From contig JBFWSG010000004.1 in assembly GCA_050248495.1 (NCBI GenBank), forward strand, positions 23,686 through 87,685: a DNA stretch of 64,000 nucleotides, in the 5' to 3' direction. Within the stretch, counting starts at the first letter, position 1. Every line of letters begins with the position of its first letter. The translations under genes were made by a program, and so were the position numbers. This document shows positions 7,532-15,398 of the stretch, piece after piece. Source of the stretch: Pirellulales bacterium. Lineage in GTDB: Bacteria; Planctomycetota; Planctomycetia; Pirellulales; Lacipirellulaceae. The notes beneath the pieces were generated by a model. The model had not been told where the DNA came from, did no database searches, and was given only the letters and a program-made list of their open reading frames with translations.

Positions 7532-9811
7532 TTAGTTGTTCGGCGTCACGATCACGTTGTCCACGAAGATTTCCGCCTCGGGACAATTGCCGTAGAGGCC
7601 CGGTGTGCCGTGCAGATTGGGCGACTGATCGACCATCTCGACGGTCCAGTCCTGCGGCTCGGCATCGCCGCGCTTCCAGATCTTGCCCATCACCTTGGCT
7701 TCCTTTTCGCCCGGCTCGACGCGCAGCTTCATCGTGTACCAGGTATCCGGCACCGGGTCGAAGTCGACGCTGGTGTGCTTGCGATAGTCGCTCGTCGTCC
7801 AGGAGTCGAGCCGCAGCTTCTTGCTCAGCCCGCGGATCGTGAGCTGGTAGCGGCCGTCGATCAGCCCGATGTCGGAAATCTTTCCGCTCGCTTCGTCCTT
7901 CTTCAGAAGCACGTCACCCTGGATCGTGTAGTTCGACAGGTCGATCGGCCCCATCCAAACGAAGCTCCGCGTGCCGAGCTTGTTGTTGGGATCTTTCGGC
8001 GTGGGGAGGACGGTCTTCTTGGCGATGTACTTCTCGCCGCCGCTCTCGCGCGGCTCGAAGCGGACCCGGCCGCCGATCCAGGTGAGCGGCACGTCGCCGT
8101 CGTTGAAGTCGAATTTCCAGGGGAGCGGCGGCGTGATCCGCACCCGGGCCGTGCCCGTCAAGTCGCCGAGCTTGCAGGTGACCAAGGCGGTGGCCTGCTT
8201 TGCGTCCTTGGGGGCGATGTACGTGCCGTCGGAGGTGATGCTCCCCGGGCCGTCGACTGCATATTTAAGTGCGTCCGGCGCAAGCTTAGCCTTGATTTCA
8301 CGTCCGCGGGAATCGAACAGCTTTACGTGATACGACTGCTCCCCGCCGGGCTTGAGCAGCGCGTCGTAGGGAATTACTTGGAGCTGGGCGGGGCCGGCCT
8401 TGCCGTCCGGCGTCGACTCCTTGGGCTCCGGCGGCAGCGGATCGGCCGACGGCTTCACCGACGGATCGGCGATGCAATACAGCGCGCGTGAGGTCGGCAG
8501 GAACAAGCGGCCATGCGACACCGCGAGCGAGCCATCGCTCTGGTCGTTCGGGAGCCGCAGCTGCTGGATGACTTTGACGCCGGTTTTCGTCGGCTTGAGG
8601 ACGTACCAGCGGCCTTCCATCGTGCACAGGTACAGCTTGCCGTCGGCCACCAGTGGCGTGCTCCGCATGCTGGTACCCAGCGCCTTGCGAGCGATGAACT
8701 CGCCCGTCTTGGCGTTATAGATGTAGAGCTTTGCCCGGTCGTCGACAAAGTAGACGCGATCGTCAAGGATCACTGGCGAGGACTTGCCCGCCATCACTTG
8801 CAGCTCTTGCCACAGCTCGGTCCCCGTCAGGTCGCCTGATTTCTTGCCGTCGAGCGCGACGACAGCACCCATCGAACTGCCAACGCGGTTCTCTTCGCTG
8901 TGACTGATATATACAGTGCCGTCCGGCGCCACCAGCGGCGAGACATTCATGCCGGAACCGGACATTGGATAATGCCAAAGCGGTTTGCCGGTCCGCGGCT
9001 GCAACGCCCACACTTCGCCGTCGCCCGAGGCAAACACCAGCGCCGCCTGGCCGTCGATCATCGTCACGGTTGGCGTGCTGTAAGTCGTATCGAAAGGACT
9101 GATGCCCGTGCCGTTGAGCCAGCGGAGCTCGCCGGTCTTCTTGTCGAAGGACATGAAGCGATGCGCCGGGCGCGCCAGCCCGCCCCACTTCGGTGCATCG
9201 CCCCAGCCGACCACTACGGCGCTGATCAGCACCGTGTCTTCGAACACCACCGGCACATTCGTCCGGCCGCCGTAGGTCGAGATCAGCCCGAACTCTTCAT
9301 GCAGGCTGCGCTCCCATTTGACTTTGCCGGTCTTGCCGTCGAGGCAACAGAAGTAACCGCTCACGCCCTGGATGTAGACGTCGCCGGTTTCGGGATCGAC
9401 GACCGGGCAGGACCAGCCAATCCGCTCGTCCGGCACGTCGGTCAGATACATGTTGAAGCTGTGTTCCCAGATCGTCTTGCCCGTTGCGGCGTCGACGCAG
9501 ACGACTTTCTCCGACTCTTCCTCCGTGGCCGGCTTATCTCGGACGATCGTGTAGAGGCGGTCCTGAAACACGACCGGCGACGAACGGCCGCCGAGGTCCT
9601 CGCGAATCCAGAGCAGATTGCTCCCCTGGCCGCCGTCCGGATCCCAGCTTTCCGGGAGCCCTTTTTCCGTGGAGACGCGATCCTGCCGCGGACCACGCCA
9701 ATTTGGCCAATCCATCGGGTCCGGACCGGCCGCGGCGACGAAACTCACCAGCGACTCGACGAGCAAAACGGACGCAAAACCAAGGGAAACGACGCGAAAT
9801 CGACCGTTCAT
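7532..9811 (-). CDS. PQQ-like beta-propeller repeat protein with an extra C-terminal beta-rich domain, secreted
   Basis: It is a paralogue of 5607-7400, with motifs such as CLDGKTGKVKWE and YIYNAKTGEF. The start is likely at 9811 (MNGRFRVVSLGFASVLLV signal peptide, AGGTGA Shine-Dalgarno 7 nt upstream); the track ORF extends to 9901. Confidence 0.8.
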   Translation of the reverse strand: MNGRFRVVSLGFASVLLVESLVSFVAAAGPDPMDWPNWRGPRQDRVSTEKGLPESWDPDGGQGSNLLWIREDLGGRSSPVVFQDRLYTIVRDKPATEEESEKVVCVDAATGKTIWEHSFNMYLTDVPDERIGWSCPVVDPETGDVYIQGVSGYFCCLDGKTGKVKWERSLHEEFGLISTYGGRTNVPVVFEDTVLISAVVVGWGDAPKWGGLARPAHRFMSFDKKTGELRWLNGTGISPFDTTYSTPTVTMIDGQAALVFASGDGEVWALQPRTGKPLWHYPMSGSGMNVSPLVAPDGTVYISHSEENRVGSSMGAVVALDGKKSGDLTGTELWQELQVMAGKSSPVILDDRVYFVDDRAKLYIYNAKTGEFIARKALGTSMRSTPLVADGKLYLCTMEGRWYVLKPTKTGVKVIQQLRLPNDQSDGSLAVSHGRLFLPTSRALYCIADPSVKPSADPLPPEPKESTPDGKAGPAQLQVIPYDALLKPGGEQSYHVKLFDSRGREIKAKLAPDALKYAVDGPGSITSDGTYIAPKDAKQATALVTCKLGDLTGTARVRITPPLPWKFDFNDGDVPLTWIGGRVRFEPRESGGEKYIAKKTVLPTPKDPNNKLGTRSFVWMGPIDLSNYTIQGDVLLKKDEASGKISDIGLIDGRYQLTIRGLSKKLRLDSWTTSDYRKHTSVDFDPVPDTWYTMKLRVEPGEKEAKVMGKIWKRGDAEPQDWTVEMVDQSPNLHGTPGLYGNCPEAEIFVDNVIVTPNN

Positions 9812-10364
9812 GGACCCATCACCTGTCGAAAAACGGAAAAACCACCTGGCGAGAGGCTGAGCATCAGGAAGGCGACTGGAGAGTCGACCCAGCCGATACA
9901 AATTACGAGTTCGAGCCGTTTTGGTTCGATTTTCCTGGGGGATGATTCTGCGGCACTGCCAGCACCCGACCTCGCTGCATCGACTCCAGCCTCTCCCGCC
10001 CGACTCCTCAACGTTGCCAACTAGATAAACTCTAACGCCAGGATATCAGACTTCGTGGCCACTCACCACGTCCGGAGGGACTCACAACCGGTACGACCGG
10101 AAGCCCTTCGCCACGTGGCGCGCACTGCAAAGTCACCTTAAAAGTTGCGGCAGGCCCCACACCAAAAAATTCTTCCGATCCCTTCGAGGCGCGGTCGATA
10201 CGAGGGATGTCGCAGTGAGAGCACCCGCGTGCTTTCGCGCGACGGAGAGTCTGAACGTCGGCGCATCGGCCCGGACAAAATTCGAGCCATGGATTGGCTT
10301 GACTGATGCGACGACGTCCTACCTTGGAACCCCCCCAGCACGTCCCGCCTGATTCCGACTCCCG

Positions 10365-10381
10365 GCACTTTAAAAGTGCCC
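10365..10381. promoter_or_regulatory. palindrome GGCACTTT-A-AAAGTGCC upstream of the Cys-rich protein gene
   Basis: Perfect 8-bp inverted arms with a 1-nt spacer lie about 150 bp upstream of the 10528 start. Confidence 0.35.
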
Positions 10382-10527
10382 CTTACGCCGGTCGGAGACT
10401 CGGCTCGGAGTAGAAAGCATCCGTCTACACGATCGAACTGCGCGTTCGGCGTGGGGCGGCATCGCGCGTTGCCGGAAGTCGGCACAGATTCGCTGTGGGG
10501 AATTCCACAAATAGGAGACGATGTTCG

Positions 10528-11319
10528 ATGAAGTGGAACTTTTTGGGAGCGCTCATGATGAGCATCGCCCTGGCGAGCCCAAGTTTTGCGACTTGCTGCT
10601 TGCTGGACAAGATGCTCGGGGGCGGCTGCGGATGCTGCGAAGAGGCAAGCTGCAGCTGTTGTGAAAAATCGTGCTGCTGCGAGGAAGCGTCCTGCGGTTG
10701 TGAAGACAGCTGCTGCTCCTCGTGCGGCTGCGGCGGCGGTGGCTGCTGCGTGCTCGATCGGCTGAGCGGCTTGTTCAGCTGTCATCACGGCTGCGGCTGC
10801 TGCGAAGCCAGCTGCGGTTGTGAAGAAGCTTCTTGCTGTGCCGAAGCCTCGTGCGGCTGCGAAGATAGCTGCTGCTCGAGCTGCGGTTGCAAGAAGGGCT
10901 GCTGCCTGTTGGACGGCCTGTGCGGCATGTTCAAGTGTCATCACGGCTGCGGCTGCTGCGAAGCCAGCTGCGGTTGTGAAGCTTCTTGCGGTTGCGAAGC
11001 CTCGTGCGGCTGCGAAGATAGCTGCTGCTCGAGCTGCGGCTGCAAGAAGGGCTGCTGCCTGCTCGGTGGCCTGTGCGGCCTGTTCGGTCACAATCACGGC
11101 TGCGGCTGCTGCGAAGCCAGCTGCTGCTGCGAGCCCAGCTGCGGCTGTGCCTCGTCGAGCTGTGGTTGCGAAGGTGGTGGCGACAGCGCCGCTCCTGCCG
11201 AAGAAGCTGCTCCTGAGGAGAACGCTTCGGCTCGCATGATCCCGCCGTTGCCGATGGCTGATCCGAATGCCTCGATCAGCCGCGAGCGCGACGTCGTCCG
11301 CACCAGCTTCACCCGCTAA
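10528..11319 (+). CDS. secreted, extremely cysteine-rich (about one-third Cys) tandem-repeat protein, metallothionein-like
   Basis: A GGAGA Shine-Dalgarno precedes the ATG at 10528. The signal peptide is MKWNFLGALMMSIALASPSFA. Three ~50-aa repeats follow (CHHGCGCCEASCGCE(E)ASC..EDSCCSSCGCKKGCCLL.GLCG.F) with CxC/CC motifs, Glu and His, and a Cys-free acidic tail. Confidence 0.8.
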   Translation: MKWNFLGALMMSIALASPSFATCCLLDKMLGGGCGCCEEASCSCCEKSCCCEEASCGCEDSCCSSCGCGGGGCCVLDRLSGLFSCHHGCGCCEASCGCEEASCCAEASCGCEDSCCSSCGCKKGCCLLDGLCGMFKCHHGCGCCEASCGCEASCGCEASCGCEDSCCSSCGCKKGCCLLGGLCGLFGHNHGCGCCEASCCCEPSCGCASSSCGCEGGGDSAAPAEEAAPEENASARMIPPLPMADPNASISRERDVVRTSFTR

Positions 11320-11356
11320 GCGGCGAGTGAGCACGGTCGACTAGATCGATAGCAAC

Positions 11357-11396
11357 AGCCTGCCTCGGACCACAAGTCCGAGGCAGGCTTTTTTTG
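11357..11396 (+). terminator. rho-independent terminator of the Cys-rich protein gene
   Basis: cagcctgcctcggac-cacaa-gtccgaggcaggct is a 14-bp perfect stem. It is followed by tttttttg. Confidence 0.8.
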
Positions 11397-11420
11397 TGCC
11401 CGCACTCGTTCCATTTTCTG

Positions 11421-11510
11421 CCGCAGATGTCGCAGATGGCCGCAGATAACGCTCGGCGAAATCTGCATTCACCTAGGCTCCCAAATCTGCGAACATCTGC
11501 GCAATCTGCG
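11421..11510. promoter_or_regulatory. heptamer dyad array: 3 direct CGCAGAT units followed by 4 inverted ATCTGCG units
   Basis: The direct units are ccgcagat gt cgcagat ggc cgcagat. The inverted units are aaatctgc, aaatctgcg, acatctgcg and caatctgcg. The array ends about 30 bp before the ATG at 11540. Confidence 0.55.
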
Positions 11511-11539
11511 GCAACAAAATACCAAGGCCTCTGGCAAAC

Positions 11540-12325
11540 ATGTCCGGCAAAGGAATAGTCCTGGCCACGCTCCTACTGACCGCGATCTGCGGCGAGTCGT
11601 TCGCCCAGGGCACTTCTGCGCCGGTTGCTGCTCAAACGCCGACCGCCACCTCGCCCGACAAGATCGCCGCGGCTGTCGCCCAACTGATCGCCGACGCGAT
11701 CCCCCGCGAATACGAACGCAAGAAAGACTGGGGCCGCCAAAAGGAAATCACCACCGGCCTCCACAGCTACGGCAACTTCTTCAAATTCGACATGCACCGC
11801 ACCAAGACGGCGGTCAACCACGGCGTCTGGAAACACTATCGCGCCACACTCGTTGATCCGCAGCACAATTTACAGGTGCGGATCGACAACCTCCGCAGTG
11901 TGGCCGCCGGCCGTATTGCGTTCACGCTATTTGTGACGACGAAACTTCACGGCTGGGGACGGGCCAAAGTCTACGACCGAGGCGTCCACGTCATCGCGCT
12001 GGAAGCGGAGACCGACGCCAAGGTCAGCCTCTGGCTGGACTGCGAAATCGCCCTCGAAGCCGCGCCCGCGTCGTTCCTCAGCGGCATTGCGGTCCGGCCG
12101 CAGATCACTTCCGCCCGCATGAATCTCGATGAATTCCGCCTGACTCGGATCAGCGACGTCAGCGGTCCCGTGGTCCGCGAGCTGGGCGACGGGATCAAGC
12201 ACCTGATCGAAGACGAGCTCAACGGCCCGAAACTCGCCGCCAAGCTGAACCATTCGATCGAGAAGCGCCGCGACCGCCTGGTATTCACGCCCGATATGTT
12301 GCTGGGCGCGACACCCAACAAGTGA
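11540..12325 (+). CDS. secreted hypothetical protein
   Basis: The signal peptide is MSGKGIVLATLLLTAICGESFAQG. The ORF is clean, 261 aa, with GC-rich third positions. Confidence 0.7.
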   Translation: MSGKGIVLATLLLTAICGESFAQGTSAPVAAQTPTATSPDKIAAAVAQLIADAIPREYERKKDWGRQKEITTGLHSYGNFFKFDMHRTKTAVNHGVWKHYRATLVDPQHNLQVRIDNLRSVAAGRIAFTLFVTTKLHGWGRAKVYDRGVHVIALEAETDAKVSLWLDCEIALEAAPASFLSGIAVRPQITSARMNLDEFRLTRISDVSGPVVRELGDGIKHLIEDELNGPKLAAKLNHSIEKRRDRLVFTPDMLLGATPNK

Positions 12326-12348
12326 AACCAACGCAAGCTGCGTCAGCC

Positions 12349-12400
12349 ACATAGCCCGGCCATCCTGGCCGGAACAGGGTTTGGCCATCCCGGCCGGGAA
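12349..12400. repeat. REP-like element (two type-A-like palindromes)
   Basis: catagcccGGCCATCCTGGCCgg aacagggttt GGCCATCCCGGCCgg lies between two convergent genes. Confidence 0.65.
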
Positions 12401-12424
12401 ATGACTCCGCCATCTCGGCTGGCG

Positions 12425-13297
12425 TCACGAAGCCATCGTCCCCTTGATGGCGATGAACTGTTCCTGCGGCAAGATCATGTTGCGAATCCGTAGGCCAAAC
12501 TTGTCGCCGACCTTCACCACTTCGCCCATCGCAATCGGCTGATCGCAGACCACCAGGTCGAGCATCTCTTCGCACGATTTGTCGAACTTAATGATCGCAC
12601 CGGGCACCAGCTCGCGGATCTCTTGCACCGTGTGCTTCTGCGAGGCCAGATTCACCGCCACCGGCACCTGTACCTTCAAAAAGCTACGGCAATATTTCGG
12701 CAGCCGCGCCAGATCGTCCCATTCCTCTTCGGCCTGCTCCAAGGGGGGCGGTACTGGCTTCGCTGGAGCCGCCGCTGCCGCCGCCTGTTGGGGCAACAGC
12801 TCGGCATGCTTGCCAACCGGCCACAACACACTCCAGCGCCCTTCGTTGGCTTCCTGCTGAATTGTAATCGAAACATGCGTCGCACCCGCAGAGAGCTCCG
12901 CGCGGCCGAGCGCCGCCGCCACGCTCTCGAGCGGCACGATGTGATACTCGTCGGCCACGTGCGACGCCGGCAGAAGCAGCATGCTCAGCTCTTGCGCGAG
13001 GGTGCTCAGCCGGCTCTTGCCTGTCGCGTCCGGCGCCACATACCAAGGCGGCAACATCCCCGACGCTTCCGGCAACACCGCCACCGCCGCCGAATCGCCG
13101 CAGCGGAACACCACGGCGAGGCCCCCGCCGTCGAATCCGTCGGGGGGCGACTCTGGATCGTAGGCCGCCGGATCGTGGACCGTCGCCCCGGCAAATTCAC
13201 CGTCAAACGCTCGGGCCATCGCGCCCAGGATCTCGTCCGCCGAAGCCCGGCAGGCCAGCACGAGATCTTCGGCGATGTCCGGTGTAAACGCGGCCAT
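12425..13297 (-). CDS. fliN: flagellar motor switch protein FliN/FliY family (C-terminal SpoA domain)
   Basis: The C-terminus VPVAVNLASQKHTVQEIRELVPGAIIKFDKSCEEMLDLVVCDQPIAMGEVVKVGDKFGLRIRNMI matches the FliN/SpoA consensus (..PIAKGEVVVVDDNFGVRITEI.). Confidence 0.65.
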   Translation of the reverse strand: MAAFTPDIAEDLVLACRASADEILGAMARAFDGEFAGATVHDPAAYDPESPPDGFDGGGLAVVFRCGDSAAVAVLPEASGMLPPWYVAPDATGKSRLSTLAQELSMLLLPASHVADEYHIVPLESVAAALGRAELSAGATHVSITIQQEANEGRWSVLWPVGKHAELLPQQAAAAAAPAKPVPPPLEQAEEEWDDLARLPKYCRSFLKVQVPVAVNLASQKHTVQEIRELVPGAIIKFDKSCEEMLDLVVCDQPIAMGEVVKVGDKFGLRIRNMILPQEQFIAIKGTMAS

Positions 13298-13529
13298 GGA
13301 TTTTGCGCGCAGCGACAGGATGTGGGGAAAAGCAGGACCATCCGCGCACCCTCGCAGCCGATGCGCGGACAGTCACAGCATTTATCGGCCGCCGCGGTCG
13401 TCAAACTTGCCGCAGTCTCCCTCAATCCCGCCGCCGCCGCCCGAACCTGGGACCGAGTTGCTCGATCTCGTATAATTGCCTGACGATTTCGCATGCTGGC
13501 ACTGCTGGCCCCACGGCCGAACAAACTCC

Positions 13530-14672
13530 ATGTCGACCGCCACCCTCACTCCCGCCCCCGCCTTCGAGCTGCAACCCTACAAGTCGCTCTCGAACGACGA
13601 GCTCGCCGCGCGGATCCAAAAGGTCCGCGACGAAATGGGCCCGCGGCTGTTGATCCTCGGCCACCATTACCAGCAGGACGAGGTGATCGCGCTCGCCGAC
13701 CTCTCGGGCGACAGCTACCGCCTCAGCCAGCTCGCGGCCGAGAACCGCGACTGCCGCTACATCGCCTTTTGCGGTGTCCACTTCATGGCTGAAACGGCCG
13801 ACATCCTCGCCAACCGCCCGGAGAAGCTCGCGGAGCGCGGCGGCCAGCGCGTGCCGGTGATCCTGCCCGATCTCGCGGCCGGCTGCTCGATGGCCGACAT
13901 GGCCGCCATCAACCAGATCGAAGACGCCTGGGACCAACTCGGCGAGGTAATCGACACCGCCGACCTCACGCCGGTCACCTACATCAACTCCGCCGCCAGC
14001 CTCAAGTCCTTCGTCGGCCGAAACGGCGGCATCGTCTGCACCTCGTCGAACGCCCAGGCCGCGATCGAGTGGGCCTTCGCCAGAACCAGTCGCGTGATGT
14101 TCTTCCCCGACCAGCACCTCGGCCGCAACACGGCCCTCGGCATGGGCATCGCGCTCGACCAGATGCCGGTCTGGGATCCCTACGCCGACGCCCTCGGCGG
14201 CAGCACGGAAGACGAGCTCCAGCGCAGCAAAGTAATCCTCTGGAAGGGCCACTGCAGCGTCCACCAGATGTTCCGCCCCGAGCACGTCCGCCTGTTCCGC
14301 GAGAAGCACCCCGGCATCAAGATCCTCGTCCACCCCGAGTGCCCGCGCGAAGTGTTTGAAATGGCCGACGAATACGGCTCGACGGGCAAGATCATCAAAA
14401 CGGTCGAGTCCGCGCCGCCGGGCACCAAGTGGGCCATCGGCACCGAACTGCACCTGGTGAACCGGCTCAAGCAGCAGCACCCCGAACAGGAAATTCACTT
14501 CCTCTCGCCGGTCGTCTGCATGTGCGCGACGATGTACCGCATCGACCTCGCCCACCTCTGCTGGAGCCTGGAAAACCTCGCCGCTCTCACCCCCGTCAAC
14601 GTCATCGAAGTCGACGAAGAAACCGCCAAATGGTCACTCATCGCACTCGAGCGGATGCTCGAAGTGAAGTAG
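13530..14672 (+). CDS. nadA: quinolinate synthase A
   Basis: Signatures include ILGHHYQ, CGVHFMAETADIL, VHPECP and the Cys ligands. The start is likely the ATG at 13530 (MSTATLT). Confidence 0.85.
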   Translation: MSTATLTPAPAFELQPYKSLSNDELAARIQKVRDEMGPRLLILGHHYQQDEVIALADLSGDSYRLSQLAAENRDCRYIAFCGVHFMAETADILANRPEKLAERGGQRVPVILPDLAAGCSMADMAAINQIEDAWDQLGEVIDTADLTPVTYINSAASLKSFVGRNGGIVCTSSNAQAAIEWAFARTSRVMFFPDQHLGRNTALGMGIALDQMPVWDPYADALGGSTEDELQRSKVILWKGHCSVHQMFRPEHVRLFREKHPGIKILVHPECPREVFEMADEYGSTGKIIKTVESAPPGTKWAIGTELHLVNRLKQQHPEQEIHFLSPVVCMCATMYRIDLAHLCWSLENLAALTPVNVIEVDEETAKWSLIALERMLEVK

Positions 14673-14707
14673 CGAGACGCTTTTCGTCGGCGAGTTCTCA
14701 AAACAAC

Positions 14708-14742
14708 AGCAGCGTCGCACAGGGCCATGCCGCGCGACGCTG
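14708..14742. terminator. hairpin between the convergent genes nadA and the GY-rich protein gene, could terminate transcription on either strand
   Basis: GCAGCGTCGC-acagggccatgccgc-GCGACGCTGC is a 10-bp perfect stem. Confidence 0.5.
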
Positions 14743-14772
14743 CTTCGCTTTCCAACGCGGTCGTCGCCCGCG

Positions 14773-15075
14773 CTAAAAGCCGATCGACAGTGACACGCCG
14801 CCAGGATAGTTGCAGTGGCCGTGATGGCAGCCGCCGCCGTAGCCGTCATAACCTCCGTAGTACACCGGCGCGCCGTAGTAGATCGGCGGGTAATAACTCG
14901 CACGGTACACGCCCGGATAATATCCGCCGTAACCGCCGTAATACGCTCCGTAGTAGCCGCCATACCCGCCGTACCCGCGCCGGCAGCCGTGCGCCTCGGC
15001 CGAATCGGTCGCCACAAAACCCGCGACGCCCAGCGCCGCCACGAAACTGATCGCCAACAACACGCGACGAAACAT
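14773..15075 (-). CDS. small secreted glycine/tyrosine-rich low-complexity protein
   Basis: A GGAGAG Shine-Dalgarno precedes the ATG. The signal peptide MFRRVLLAISFVAALGVAGFVA is followed by GYGGYGGYYGAYYGGYGGYYPGVYRASYYPPIYYGAPVYYGGYDGYGGGCHHGHC. Confidence 0.65.
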   Translation of the reverse strand: MFRRVLLAISFVAALGVAGFVATDSAEAHGCRRGYGGYGGYYGAYYGGYGGYYPGVYRASYYPPIYYGAPVYYGGYDGYGGGCHHGHCNYPGGVSLSIGF

Positions 15076-15364
15076 CGGTCTCTCCTCGGACGCCTCGAAT
15101 GCGTCCTCTCACCTCGGGGGGAACTGACGGCGATCGGCCCGACACCCGGAACCGAATTGCCGTCGAAGATGAAGTTGCAGCCCCCGTGCCGCGCCGCAGC
15201 GCAGTCGCCCTAACCGTCGCCGCAAGAGCCATTTACAACGACGCGCGAAATCTTGCAGGCACCGCCCACACCGCGAAAAGCGCCTACAAAGCGACGACGC
15301 CCTGTATCAAAGGCGAACCATTCACAAGTACCCAGTGCCCAGTACTCAGTACTGCCTTTCCCAC

Positions 15365-15396
15365 TCCCTGCCCCCTGCCCCCTGCCCCCTGCTCCC
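15365..15396. repeat. simple tandem repeat (CCCTGC)x4 overlapping the 3' end of the OYE gene region
   Basis: The sequence is ccctgccccctgccccctgccccctgctcccc. Confidence 0.4.
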
Positions 15397-15398
15397 CT

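Noticed and set aside
10138-11334. 398-aa minus-strand ORF, Ala-rich, fully overlapping the Cys-rich protein gene
   Set aside because: It is the antisense reading of TGC/GGC-rich codons (GCA/GCC = Ala). It has no Shine-Dalgarno or signal peptide and is pure low complexity. The + strand gene has a Shine-Dalgarno, a signal peptide, periodic repeats and a terminator.
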